Of a stretch of 52,422 nt of DNA, positions 28,501-41,200 are shown piece by piece (positions within the stretch are counted from its first letter, which is position 1; each line of letters begins with the position of its first letter). The DNA lies in IMG/VR virus record IMGVR_UViG_3300032216_001635, positions 1 through 52,422 of that record; one strand, written 5' to 3'. Origin of the DNA: a virus. Lineage: Duplodnaviria > Caudoviricetes. The notes under the pieces were generated by a model, which saw only the letters and a program-made list of their open reading frames with translations, did not search any database and was not told the origin of the DNA. Made by a program: the position numbers and the translations under genes.

Positions 28501-29166
28501 AGCAGTATCGGTGTAGTTGCCGGAAATCATATTAACGTAATTGGACAACCAACTGTTTCAGCAACAAGCGGTAGTCCAGTAACTTATAACGATTTGGCTA
28601 CAATGTACATTAAAAATGCTCCTGTAGCAGGAAACGTAAACACTACAATTTTACGTCCTTGGTCATTGTATGTTGCTTCTGGTAAAGTGTATGTTGGAGA
28701 CGGGTCTTCAAGCGTTAATGCACAAACAGGAGCACTAACTGTAGCAGGTGGTGTAGGTGTAGGTGGTGACCTAAACGTTGAAGGAAACGGTGACTTTAAC
28801 GGTAGCACACTAAACATCGGTAACAGCGAAATCTACACATATTCTAGCCCAACAATTAGTTCAAATGCACAAGTTGGTCTAGACAGTTTTGCGATTGCAA
28901 ACTATCAATCTGCCAAGTATTTTGTACAGGTTGTTGATAATACGCAAGCAGGACAACCTAATAAGATGTATGTTACTGAATTAATTGTATTCCACGATGG
29001 ATTAAGTAGCGTTTATATATCAGAATACGGCATGGCTAGTAACTTTGGTGATTTAGGTACATTTGATGCGTCAATAAGCGGACCAAACGTTACCCTAACA
29101 TTTACTCCAAACTACATTCCAACCAGTATGATAGTAAAAGTACACCGTACAACTCTAAGCAGATAA
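22597..29166 (+). CDS. Giant tail-fibre-like protein (2189 aa)
   Basis: N-terminal DGV....DRVLVRAQANPAENGIY domain; many STxTGALxVxGGxGI and TNxGVxSxxAGxGI repeats; C-terminal DSF....YQSAKYFVQ...SEYG...LGTFDA domain. Confidence 0.8.
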   Translation: MPSLRSGGARAAPSTRLSATRYTFITLAQAQAALGATPTTDTGYTLVIGANGQPTFTNSLGQIAFSTGSITSNAPGGNLVLNPSGTGTITLNGPVNIPDGIIGNGFKKEIQAATTQSVVLNTSTSTVIYDGVHINYLDRVLVRAQANPAENGIYYAITATFEPATTVTNSITLVRSTDANSTRQLAHAAVPVIGGVTYPGTLFFTSFANNDVLDTTPLNWLEIIDDLSNQNVFNKLINNSAIGQVTPREGKFTVLTASNLTILTTFTATSAVTFSGSALFNPVDQNIVIQPNGTGTFILNPGSVGSIDNTNIGINSPRSGVFTNLQATTQIYDQGTTNSTSTTTGALVVVGGVGIGKDLTIGGNLSLNNAGGQAAGGISAGSITTTNLTVFGQSIFTTSTNSTGTNTGALVIAGGVGIAQDLFLGGNLYFAGEGNRLRVQSLAVTTNTNSTSTTTGAAVITGGLGIGGDVWIGGQLHFAGNGGDLSVSTLAVTSTTNSTSTNTGAITVAGGVGVAKDLVLGGNLTFSGEAGRIVANQLVVTGTQTSTSTTTGALVVTGGVGVGKDVVIGGNLDLGGQLTFNKSFTATFVSIHITSTASDTNIFENNALYVEGGTAVKKDLSVYGNAVINGNLTVIGTQTTVDSQNTYIIDPTIDIGGGINNTPLTTNDGYDRGLILHYNTGVTTATNNHAFLGRDASTGYLTYKVNIWPGSEEKTSPTFTNTGSFGTAQFGGLRLLGGIASVSTNTGDLQVLGGMGVLGNSYLAGRITLSNTGANTTQTLNHALILNAGGIGVAGDSYYGGILRVGNATASSSPTTGAFQVQGGVGINANLSVGGPVQIYAGTSATSTGTGALIVGGGIGANGDIYCHKLFTDAGETQLTNFNGGTITGIFHVNNSTTATSTGNAAFTVLGGVGIGANLIVGGTISGSTLYSNGAQVLTTATPTGFDGGVIHYPLQIGDPAATFLNTPALTLNDNVESYNTQSGSMITYGGIGVGMSVHLGGTLSREGDWTAYNWADTGIALNLPSATYYDKSGIGTYTSIYATMIDVPTFDSLLTTNYTTAATVYVGGAPIAGSSNIRYTNAYSLYVNSGTVYIGTTQTSTTTQSANAVQLVGGLSVGQDALVGGTVKALQVYDNSTRVISTVNITAGTGLSGGGTVTGPTAVLTLTNAGVLSNTAGAGIAVNNTTGNVTITNTGVLSARAGTGVNINNTTGNIIISNIGVTSITGAGSISVSTSTGSVTISSLDTLQDVTERGATSNKAISLTSTGTALSVLNNVSVGGSLSVASSATVGTLFAGTSTLGSVTVNGTALITGNLTVQGNQTIINSTQVSIEDPVIDVGTGINNTPLITDDGFDKGILVHYNTGASAVTDNHAFFGYEHLTGKFTYRKNIYPGGFENVPNPYSNTGSIGGAVFSDLQLLGGVASTGPTSGDLQVAGGIGVGGNSTFVGQVKFNNTTNTISTLTGAVQVSGGASVAKDLYIGGSLIVNGFIISTSSQFNGGTIYQDLKINSPTASTGTNSGALVVQGGGGIGGDLYIGGRIDASAIYQNGQPISTNIGLNLGPGLTGGVTTSSGGVLISLTNTGLINLAAGVGIRIDNTGTSGTTTVTNIGVVGITVGTGIGAIGYLPGASTSTGTVRLVNLGVTSATAGTGINIDQSTGSIIVSNVGVTSIQKVGNGLTLSTSTGSVILINSGVTSLTAGTDTAVTQASGDIVVWNTSTLDTVVSRGNITTGTIVISNLTSSTNYASGALQVTGGVGIGGDVFVAGKVNVSGIVTAPFATIADFTFTASSITSLPNDAITITAPGATGSVNALANTISLTAISTATISAPTTNVTGLVNFTNVTTATSTTTGAIKIAGGASIANNLYVNGTVFAGGGYLGLNPEKIFQSTSSVTVIDKGVPVQQVYISVAGTTATQFFKDSVSINVPLTVPNITSTGTITRSGPITRTSWGFNGVGLSLLDATYSDSSSIGVVAGNHINVIGQPTVSATSGSPVTYNDLATMYIKNAPVAGNVNTTILRPWSLYVASGKVYVGDGSSSVNAQTGALTVAGGVGVGGDLNVEGNGDFNGSTLNIGNSEIYTYSSPTISSNAQVGLDSFAIANYQSAKYFVQVVDNTQAGQPNKMYVTELIVFHDGLSSVYISEYGMASNFGDLGTFDASISGPNVTLTFTPNYIPTSMIVKVHRTTLSR

Positions 29167-29179
29167 GCGTTATAGCCCA

Positions 29180-29243
29180 AGTTTCCCTTTCTATGGTAAA
29201 TAGTTGATACAAGCAATTATTGCCAGACGTGGAGAGGGAAACT
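29180..29243 (+). promoter_or_regulatory. RBS-sequestering stem with a late promoter (TAAATA 29197-29202) in its loop
   Basis: AGTTTCCCTTTCTA (29180-29193) pairs with TGGAGAGGGAAACT (29230-29243): 14 bp including two G-U pairs; ATG at 29245. Confidence 0.75.
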
Positions 29244-29244
29244 A

Positions 29245-32200
29245 ATGGCCTACAATGACGATTTTATTGTCAAGAATGGACTTGTGGTACGTGCCACAAC
29301 CAGTTCGAGATACCAATCAACTAGCACACAAACGGGCGCGATCGTAACTCCAGGCGGGTTAGGAATCGGGCAAAATGCCACTATCGGTGGAATATTATCA
29401 GTATTAAGTTCTGCTACTTTTACAGCGGCTCAAACAACTGATATTGTTAAAATACTATCAACAGCAGTTAACACTTCTACAGTTACACCTGTAGGAAATG
29501 CTCTCCAAGTTAGCGGTGGTATCTATGCACAAAACATTAACATTGGCGGTATTGCGCTTGTTAAGGGTTCACGTGTTTTAACAGTAGACGAAGGCTTTAC
29601 TGGTGGTGTAATCAGCCAACCGTTAGTCATTAACACTAATACAAATTCGACAAGTACAACTACTGGTGCGTTAGTAACTCCAGGCGGTATTGGCGTAGGC
29701 CTAGACATGACCATAGGCGGAAAAGTAACTGTTTATGGTAACATTTATTCTAATGGCTATCAAGTTCCTACATTATTAACTGTAGCAACTGGTGCAGGAC
29801 TTGCCGGCGGCGGCACATTAAGTGCAACTAACGCAACAATTACTCTTTCAAATACAGGTGTTTTAACTGTAACAGGTGGCACAGGTATTAACGTTGACCA
29901 AGCAAGTGGCAACGTTACCATTACAAACATTGGCGTTCAACAGGTTAACGCTGGCTCAGATATTCAACTATCGGGCTCAACAGGTAGTGTTACAATTTCT
30001 GATGTTAGTACACTTCAAAGTGTAACTACTCGCGGTTCATTTACTAACCAAATTTTAACATTAACAAACCCTACTAGCTATCCAGGTCCATTTTACAGTA
30101 CATTTACTAACGCATTGAATGTGCTTGGCGGCATTAGTGCTAAGAGCATTAACGTTCTTAATACTAGCTATCAAGGCGGCGCACAGATTGTTACAACTGC
30201 TACTATCAATCAGTTTATCGGTGGTAACATTCAAAACAATTTACATATTCAAAACACAACAGACTCTGTAAGTACACAAACTGGTGCGTTAATTGTTGAT
30301 GGTGGTGCAGGTATTGGCGGAAACGTTTGGGTTGGAAAAACTCTTAACGTATTGGGCGACACAAATATTTACGGAAGTGTTAACGTACTAGGTACATACA
30401 CAACTGTTAAAGTTAATTCAACACAAACATATATCGTTGATCCATTTATTGATATTGGTACAGGTTACAACAACTCTGCATTACAAACAAACGATGGACT
30501 AGATCGCGGTTTTGTGTTACATTATAACACAGGTTCTAACGCAACATTTGATAATCACGCATTCTTAGGCCGCTCAGCAAATACAGGCGAACTAGTATAT
30601 ATAACAGATATTCAACCGGGCGGAGCAACACAAGATATTATTAATCCTGTTACTGGCGGAACCTATGGTATTGCACGATTTGGTATATTAAAATTAGTTG
30701 GCGGCAATGCTTCTAGCGGATACGGATCTGGCGATTTACAAATTACTGGTGGCGCCGCAATTCAAGGAAGTTTATACGCAGGAAAGATTTATGAAGGTAG
30801 TCACCGAGTACTAACCGATGTGTCACTGGTAGCACAGTCTGGTATTGGCGTTACTGTAACATCAACTGCTAGCGGTGCAACAGCATACTTAACTAACACC
30901 GGTGTAGTCAGTCTTGTTGCTGGCACTGGTCTACTTTCTGTTGGTAATTTGACAAGTGGTACAATTACATTAAACAACGCTGGGGTTCTAAGTCTTTTAC
31001 AAGCTAACATTAACGGCGACATTGGCCTTCAGTGGTCAAATGGTAATGGTGGCGATGTTTTAATCAGCAACTTATCTACATTACAATCAACAACTGGCCG
31101 CGGTAATACAAGTTCATATCAAATTATTATGAACAGTCCGTTGAACAGTACTGGTACATCGGCAACTAACGCATTATACCTAGCAGGTAAAGGTGGCATT
31201 TATGCTCGTTCATTAATGCTAGAAGAAAGTGCATGGATTGGCGGTGCTCAAGTTGTTACAAGTGCCAACATCAATGACTTTGGTGGTGGTGTTATTAACA
31301 ACTACCTAAAGATTAATTATCAGCAAACATCAACAAGCACTAACACAGGCGCATTAGTAGTTACTGGTGGCGTTGGTATTGGTGATAATTTAAATTTACA
31401 AAATACTTTAACAATTTACACAACTGCGGCTAGTCCTGTTTTTGCAAACAACGCTCTAGCAGTTCGCGGCGGCGCGGCAGTATCCGGCGTTGCACGTTTT
31501 GGTAGTGATGTTTATACTACTGGCACACTATATGTTAACACAATTACTAGCATACTAGCTGATTTAAAATTAAACAGCAACGGTGGTACTGCCTATATCA
31601 ATAACGTTGATATACTAAAATATACCAGCAACGTTTATTATGTTGAAACAAATGGTAGCGACAGCAACGATGGTCGCCGTCCACAAACTGCATTCTTAAC
31701 AGTAGCACACGCTCTAAGTGTAGCAACTGCTGGCGGAGCAGTTCTTATTGGCGTAGGAACATTCACCGAATCATTCCCGTTAACAATTCCAGTTGGAGTT
31801 ACTGTACAAGGTCACGGACTACGTGCAACTGTTATTCAACCAACAAGCGGTACAAACACAGCAAGCGGTTTTTTATTAAATGGTGAAACTACCTTAACTG
31901 ATTTGACCGTTGCTAACTTCTTTAAACCAGGTTACGCATTTAAATTTGCTACTGGTGCAAAAATTACAACAAAATCTCCTTACATTGAACGTGTAAGTGT
32001 TATTACAAAAGGTAGTGCAACTAGCGCAAGCGATCCTTACGGATTTGCCGCAGGTGATGCAGGTAATGGAGCATTCTTAGATGGTGCAGTATTAGATCCT
32101 ACAAGTTTAGAACCTGCAATGTTATGGAACGAAGTAACATTCATTGTTCCAAATGCTACTGGTATGTATATGACCAACGGTGTTCGTTGCGAATTACTAA

Positions 32201-35200
32201 ACGGCTTTGTTTACTTTGCTGATAAGGCAATTAACGCACAAGCCGGTGCCACTGGACTTGGCGGCATTGGTCGCACACGATTAAAATTAGGAAACATTGC
32301 TGGTACGTTCAGTCCTGGCGATGTAATTTATTACAAAGATCCGGACGGCACAACATTGGCTAGTGGTCTTATTAACTCTGCAAGCGGCAATTATGTTTAC
32401 ATTGTTGGCCCAAGCTGGGGTTGGGCACAGATCACAGATCGTACAGGTAAAGCAGTAACCGCATACGGTAATGCTCAACAAAGTACAGTACAAAAGAAAT
32501 TTGGTATTAGTTCTGGTATATTTGACGGTAACGGAGATTACCTAGAAATATTAAACACGACTGATTTCCAATTTGGTACAAACAGCTACGCATTTGAAGC
32601 GTGGGTATATTTAAATAGCCTGGGCAAGATTCATAGAATTTTCTACAAAGGAACAACACTAGGATCAAGCATCAGATTTAGTGTAAGTTCAAGTAATGTA
32701 CTTCAAGCCGCACATGCAGGAACAATCATTACCGGTGGTACTACACTTACAACTGGTCAATGGTACCATGTAGCTCTGTCAAGAGTTAGCTTAACTAACA
32801 CTATTAACATTTGGTTAAATGGTCAATTAGAAGCAACTAGCAATTTAGCAACAGGTAGTGTCAATACTACAGACCCGTTAAGCGTTGGTGGTATTGCTGG
32901 CACAACATTAGATAGTCTTAATGGCTATATTGATGAAGTTCGTGTAAGTAATATTTCTCGTTATACCGCAAACTTTGCTGTACCTACAAGTGCATTTGGA
33001 TCAGATGCGGCTACAGTATTATTATTACACGTGGACGGTGGCGCAGGAACATCAACATTCCTTGATGATGCACTAGGTGTACAAACAATTTATTCTACTG
33101 GTTCAAATCCTGCAACAGCTAATCGTATTAACTTAGTCGACCTACATCAGTTTGGTGCTGAATTACGTTGTATTGGTTCAGCCGCGGTATTTGGTAACAG
33201 CGGTGTTACAGCAAATGGTACAGGTACAGACTTAAAATTAATTGCCTTTAACATGAGCCACATTGGTGCGGGCGGCGATTTATCAGACGACACAAGTTTA
33301 GTTACGCAAGTTAATGAAGTTATTCAAACTAATGGCGGTAAGGTATATTTCCAAACAGTTGACCAGGGCGGTGATTTCCGTGTTGGTGACAGTTTTGTAG
33401 TTAACCAACGTACAGGTAATGTTAGTTTTGGTAACGCACAAGTTAACTTAGGAAGCCTAAGTAGTTTATACATTTCAGACGGCAGTAATGTAACAAGTAT
33501 TCTTCCAACAGGAATCAGCAGTGGCGGTATTACATTAGCTAGCCAAACAATTTCAAGTAACAGCGGAAACTTAACACTTGATCCAGCTGGCGCAACTACT
33601 ATTGTTAACAGCGATTTACAAGTTAACGGCGGATTCTCTGTAAACAGTTTAGTCATTCCTGGTACAACAGATTCAACTTCGACTACTACAGGGGCTATTA
33701 CAGTAGCCGGTGGAGTTGGCATTCAGAAAAATGTCTATATTGGTGGTACAAACACAAGCATTACAAGTATTGCAGGCAATGCGGTTAGCGTAATCCTTGG
33801 TGGTATTGGCGCTAAGACATTATACATTGAAGGCGATGGTTATATTGGTAACGCTAAGATTGTTACAACAGGTACAATTGGTACAGTTCTTGGCGGTAAT
33901 GTTCCAAACAACTTATACATTACAACATCAACACAGTCAACTGGCACATCAAGTGGTGCATTTACTGTAGCAGGTGGTGTTGGTATTGGCGGAAGTTTAT
34001 ATACTGGTGGTAATGTTTATCAGCAAGGTAATCAACAAGTACTAAGCACTCTAACATTAGCACTAACTGGCCTATCTGGATCATATTCTGCATTTAATGG
34101 TGCAGGTACTATCACACTGAACAACATTGGTGTTACACAAATAATTGCAGGTACTGATATTTCTGTAGACCATAGTACTGGTACAGTAACTATCAGTGAT
34201 ACTGCAACATTACAGTCAGTTACTAATCGTGGTGCAACTACTACAGTTCCGTTATCAGTAACTGATAGCAGTATCAGCACAACTACAATCGCAGGAAACG
34301 CAATCGCAGTTACTAACGGTGGTATTGGTGCTAAGAGCCTTTACTTAGATACTGCTGGTTGGATTGCTGGTTCACAAATCTTAACAACAGGTAATGCTGG
34401 TTCTAGCTTCAGCGGAACATTTAATAACCCAGTAAACATTACATCAAGCATCAATGCAATCAATACACAAAGCGGAGCACTACAGGTAGTCGGCGGCGCA
34501 GGTATTGGTAAAGATTTATGGGTAGGTGGCAACACTTATGTTCTTGGCAATTTATATGTAGACGGTACTAACACCGTTGTTGATCGCACAAGTATTCAAA
34601 CTGGCGACAAAACAATTACGTTAGCAACAGGTACAGGCAACGCAAGTCTAGCTATCGGAGCTGGTCTACAAGTAGGTTACTCATCAAGTACAGCAATTTG
34701 GGCTAGTTTCTTATTTGACGGTGTAAATTCATGGTTATCTGGTGGCAACATAAATCCAGATGTTGACTTGGCTCGCGACTTAGGTGGCGTTAATATTCGT
34801 TGGGGCAACGTAAATGCAAGTAACGTTAACTTCCTGACTATTGTTTCAACAAGCACAAATGCAAGCACTTCAACTATTGCTGGCAACACAGTTGCTACAC
34901 AAGGTGGTATTGGTGCTAAACAGCTATTCTTAAGTCAAGATGGTTGGATTGCCGGCAACAGAATTATTACTACAGGTAACCTAAGTAGTTACACATCTGT
35001 ATTTGATGGTGGTACAATTCATACACCATTAATTGAAACAGATACAACTAATGCTCTAAGCACATACACTGGCGCACTACAAGTACAGGGTGGTGCTGGT
35101 ATTGCTAAAAACTTATATGTTGGCCGTAATCTAAATGTATTAACAGATGCATTTGTCACAGGTACAATGTATGCCGGCGCAGTTTATGATGCAGGCAATC

Positions 35201-38200
35201 GTGTAATTACAAGTGTAAGTCTACAAGCAGGTACAGGCATCAACGTAAGTACTGCAACATTATATGGTCCAAATACATTATTAACAATTACTAACGTTGG
35301 TGTAACAAGCATTAACGTAGGCAATGGATTAAGTGTAACAGCAAGTACAGGTTCAGTTACTGTAGTTAACACTGGTGTTACAACACTAATACCTGGTGCA
35401 GATATTAGCGTAAGTTCACAACGTGGTGATATTACAATTAGTGATGTTAGCACATTAGATTCAGTAACACAGCGTGGCGCAACATCTACAGCAACAATCG
35501 TTGTTCAGAATGCCGCATTTACAACTACAAGTATTGCAGGAAATGCTCTACAAGTTACAGGTGGTGTAGGGGCAAATTATCTATACGTTCAAACTGGCGG
35601 TTACATCAACGGCGCACAAATTGTTACAACATCAACATTGAATAGTTTCAGTGGTGGCGACGTTGGCAACGCATTACGTATTACTAATGCAACATCTGCA
35701 ACTAGCACACAGACTGGCGCCTTACAAGTTGTTGGCGGTGTTGGCGTAGGTGGAGCATTATGGGTAGGTAAAGATCTACATGTATTGGGTGACATTTATG
35801 TTGACGGTACACAGACTATTGTTGACAGCACACGCATTCAAACTGGCGATAAAGTTTTATATCTAGCAACATCAACAACAAGTGCTGGCGTAGCAATTAA
35901 CTCTGGTATTGCAGTTGGTCCTACAACAGGCACCTGGGCGCAGTTCTGGTTTAACGGAACCGATAGCTGGGCAAGCAAAGGCGGAATTATTCCAACAGCT
36001 GGTAGCACCTATAACTTAGGTACAAATGCTAACCCATGGAATAACTTATATTCTGCAAATATTTTTGCAACAAGCAATACTGATTCTTCTGGTATATCCA
36101 GTGGTGCATTACAATCAGCAGGCGGATTAGGTGTTGCTAAACAAGCAACAATTGGTACATACTTACAAGTTCAGGGTGCATACACTAACACTACAACACA
36201 AGCAAGTGCAAGTATTGGCACAGCAGGTGGCGCATATATTGGTCAAGACCTAAGCGTTATTGGCAATGCATGGGTTGGCGGTAACAAAGTTATTACAACT
36301 CTAAACCCATTTGATGTAATATTCCAAAGCACTACAAATTCATTCTCATCTAATGATGGATCACTTGTATTAGCCGGTGGTTTAGGCGTTTCACAAAACG
36401 TTAACATTGCAGGTATTGTTGGAATTAGTAATTTTGCAGGAAGCACATCATCAGCGGCTGGTAACGCATTACAAGTAAGTGGTGGTATATTTGCAGACAC
36501 ATTAATGATTAACACTATTGGTACAATCGCCGGTGGCATCATTATTACTACTTCTACTATTGCTAACTATGCGTTCAATGGTGGTACTATTGCCAAGTCT
36601 ATTATTATTAATAGTTCAACACAGGCAACAAGTACAATTACCGGTGCATTACAAATTACCAATGGTGGTGCAGGTATTGGTGGTAATGTTTATGTTGGCG
36701 GAACATTAAATGTATTAACAAATACATCAACCTTTAAGACAATTAGTGCTGGTACAGCAACAATTACAACAGCAACAATTAGTTCTGGAGCATTTAACAC
36801 AACAACTGCTCTAATATCTAAAAATGCATTATATGTAGTAGGCGGTATTGGTACTGGTTACTTAAACGTTGGCACAGCTGGTTGGATCAATGGTAGCCCA
36901 ATTATCACTGCGGCCACTATCAATAGCTTCTCTGGCGGCACAATTAATAATGACTTTACAATTAACAGTCCAACTATTGCAATATCAACAATCACTGGCG
37001 CTTTCCGTGTTCTAAACGGCGGTATTGGTATTGGTGGTAGTGGTTGGTTCGGCGGTTCATTAAATGTTGTTAGTCCAGATGGTACAACTGACGGTATCTT
37101 TAATGCTAACCAAAGCGCACTTTCATTAGATATTGGTTCAAATACCAAGAACGTTCCAGTACGTATTTTAATACAAGGTACTGCTAAGTCAATATTTGAT
37201 GTGAATGGTAGTTTAGGTGTAGGTACTACAACTCCGGTGTTTGGGGTTGATCTGCATACTGCACAATCACAAAGTGGTAGTTCAAATACAATTACAAACT
37301 TATTAAGTTTACAGTCTGATAATTGGTCTACAAACTTTGGTCAAGATCAATCAAGTCTAGAAGTAACTGTTACAAGTTACGACAGCGGCGCAACATTTGA
37401 ACATTGGATTACTAGCGGTGCAAGAGCCTCTGGTGGCGCTCAACCATTGGTATTTGGTGGCGGTAACTATTATAATAACAGCAATCTTAAAACTGTTAAC
37501 GAGTGGGGTCGATTCACCGCAGGCGGTAATCTAGTTCTTAAGAATCAAATTTCTGCATTAACAGGTAGTATCAGTTCTTCTAATCGCAGTACCGCTACCG
37601 TAGCAAGTAACGCATTTGCAGTACCTAATGGTGGCATTGGTGCAAGTTACTTGTACATAGTCAACGAAGGATGGATTGGCACAGGTAAGATTATTACTAC
37701 TGCTAACGCAAGTTCAATAGCGTTTAACGGCGGCACAATTACTCAAGCGTTGTACATCAACAGCTCAACCCAGTCTACAACACCTACAAGCGGTGCATTA
37801 CGTGTACAGGGCGGTGCCGGTATTGTTGGAAACTTAATTGTAGGCACAAACGCCAGCGTTGCTGGATATTTTACAGTTCCTAGTTTAACAGCAACTAATA
37901 TTAATTTAATTGGTAATGCATTAACAATAGGTGGACCAACAACATTCTCAACTACTACGATTGCTACCTCAGCAGGAACAGCAGGTGTTGTAGTTGGCGG
38001 CGGTCTAGGAGTTGTACAAAATGCAATTATTGGAGATACCCTAACTGTTAATAGTGTAGCTTCAAATACTGGTACAATCGCAGGTAATGCTGTGATGATT
38101 AATCAAGGTGGCATTGGCGCACAAACACTATACCTAGCACAAGCGGGTTATATTAATGGCGCACAAATTGTTACAAGTTCAACAATTAATAATTTTTCAG

Positions 38201-41200
38201 GTGGCGCAGTTAGCTCAACTGTTCAATATACAAATCAAACACAGTCAAATGGTACTAACTCGGGTGCTGTAACTGTAGCTGGTGGTGTAGGTATTGGTGG
38301 AAACTTAAACGTTGGCGGAACAGCATATTTCTTAGGTGACTTGTATGTTGGCGGAACACAAACCTACGTTAACTCAACAAACATTCAAACTGGCGACAAG
38401 GTAATTTATCTAAGTACTAGCGCATCAAGTTCTGTACTAGCAAGTAACTCAGGACTAGCAATTGGCCCGGTTGGAGGTACATACGCACAGTTTTTCTATG
38501 ATGGTGTAAGTAGCTGGCAAAGTAAAGGTAATATTAGCCCGTCAACAGCCGGCGGCTTTAACTTAGGTAGCACATTACTGCCATGGAATACAGAGTACGT
38601 ACAATTTGTAAACATCACAGGTGGTACACAATCAACAACAGCAACTAACGGTACATTAATTGTTACCGGTGGTGTTGGTGTAAGTGGAAACTTAAATGTT
38701 GGTACAAGTGCTACAGTTGCGAGTCAATTGTTTAGCTTGTCAGTACCTACACAAAATGCGTTTTACGTAGCAGGTGGTATTGGTGCAGGCTATTTAAACA
38801 TTGCCAATAACGGTTACATCAATGGTAGCCCAATTATTACACAGGCAAATATTTCTAGCTTCCAGTTCCAAGGTGGTACAATTAGTAACATCTTAACAAG
38901 TACAAATACAACAAGTGCATTTTCAACACAAACTGGAGCAATTCAAGTTGTTGGAGGCATTGGCTTAGGCGGAAACTTACACGTAGGTGGCGCACAATAT
39001 ATCTATGCAAGTACAGCAAGTGCTGTATCAACCAGCGGTAATGCATTAATTGTTAACGGTGGTATTGGTGCTTACAGTATCTTCTTAAGCAACAACGGTT
39101 ACATTAATGGTTCTCCAATTGTTACAGCCGCAACATTGAATCAATTCAGTGGTGGTACAATTAACAGCTCATTAGTTGTTAATAGCGCAACTCAAGCAAC
39201 AAGTACAATAACAGGTGCTTTCCAAGTAATTAATGGCGGTGTTGGTATTGGTGGTAATATCTACGCAGGCGGCAACGGTGTATTTGGAGTAACATCAAAC
39301 ACCGCTGGTACGCTAGGAAATACAGCAACTGGTTCATTACAAGTACTAGGTGGTGCAAGCGTTAGTGGTCTACTAAACGTGGGTGCTAAGAGTAACTTTG
39401 CCGGATATGCTGGCTTTGGTACAACTAACCCACAGGCACAAGTTGAAGTTAACGGTGACGTAGTAGTTGGTGCATACAACAGCTCACGTGTACAAATTAG
39501 CAACGGTGGTGGATCTAATGCAATCTACGAAGTAGGATCATCAACCATTGGCGATTATCGTTGGCAAATTGGTCGTGATATGATCGGTATCGGCATTGCT
39601 GGTATGGGATTCATTAATCAAAGTCAATCACTCGCAGGCGGTGGCGCCGCAGTTGGTGCAGTCAGCGGAGTTGCAAGTACACTTGGTTTCTATACAAGTA
39701 ACGGTTCAGCATTATCACTACGTGGTTTAATTGACGGATCCGGTAACATGACCATTGGTCAAACTGGAACACCGTTAGCTAAATTTGACCTTCGTGGTAG
39801 CTTACGTGTACAAGGTGGTAACCTAGAACATGTAATGATATCAAATAATGCCGCACAATATGTAGCACTTGATATTTCTAGAACAGCAACTGGTGCAACA
39901 TCAGACTTCCGTATTGGTGTAAATGGAGGCGCTGGTAACTTTAGTCCAGCCGCAGGTGCTGGCGATGTTAACATGGCGTTCTCAAGCAACATCTTGTTCA
40001 GCTTACAAAACATTGCTGAAATTGTTAAGATTACCCCAACTGGTTTGGTAATTTCTACATCTACTCTAGCAACTAGCGCAAGCAGTGGTGCGCTACAAGT
40101 ACAAGGTGGTGCAGGTGTAACAGGCGATGCATGGTTTGGTGGTAACGTTGCAATTACTGGCACAACATTTATCAACAACGTAGCGGCAAGTACAACTACA
40201 ATCGCAGGTAATGCACTACAAGTTAAAGGCGGAATTTACGCCGCAAGTATCAACTTAGCAAGCAACAGCTGGATTGGCGGATATCAGATTGTTACAACTA
40301 ATAACATCGGTTCATTCACTGGTGCGTTTAACGGTGGTACAGTAACAAGCCCAATTTATATTGCTAACTCTACAAATGCAGTTTCAACAAGCTCGGGTGC
40401 ATTATACACAGCCGGCGGCATTGGTTTAACTAAAGATTTATGGGTAGGTAACAACGCAACTGTAATTGGTGTATCAAGCCTAGCAGGTGTAAACACTACT
40501 GGCATCCTAACAATTACAAACGCAACAGCCGCAAGTTCAACTGTTACTGGCGCATTGCAAATTGTTAACGGTGGCGCAGGTATTGGTGGTTCATTATACA
40601 CAGGTGGTGATGCATATCACGGTGGTGCACGATTTGGTCTAGGTGGCGGTTCAGTTACAAGCAACCTTGCAATCGGTAACGGTGCAATGGCAACTGTAGC
40701 ATCAGGTGCTAACAACATTGGTATTGGATCAAGCGCATTAACTGGTTTAAGTGCAGGCGCATTTAATATCGGTATTGGTCAACAAGCCCTACAAAACGTT
40801 GCTACCAAAGTTAACAACGTAGCAGTTGGTGCTCTAGCAATGAACGGTACAGCACCTGGTAATAATGCTGTTGCAATTGGTTATCAAGCAGGTCAAAATG
40901 CTCAAGGCGACTTTGGAATTTCAATTGGTTCAGGTGCAGTACTAGCAGGTACAGGTGCAGGTAACATTGGTATTGGTTACCAAGCTATTCCAGGCCTAAC
41001 AACCGGTGCTCGTAACATTGCAATTGGTCAAGGTGTTGGTACTAACTTAGCTGGCGGATCACAAAACATATTATTAGGTTATGGTGCTGGTAGCTCAATT
41101 ACATCAGGTGGTAACAACGTTGTAATTGGTGGTAACAACGGAAGCACTATCGCTACAAGTAACAACAACATTATATTGTCAGATGGTGCAGGTAACATTG

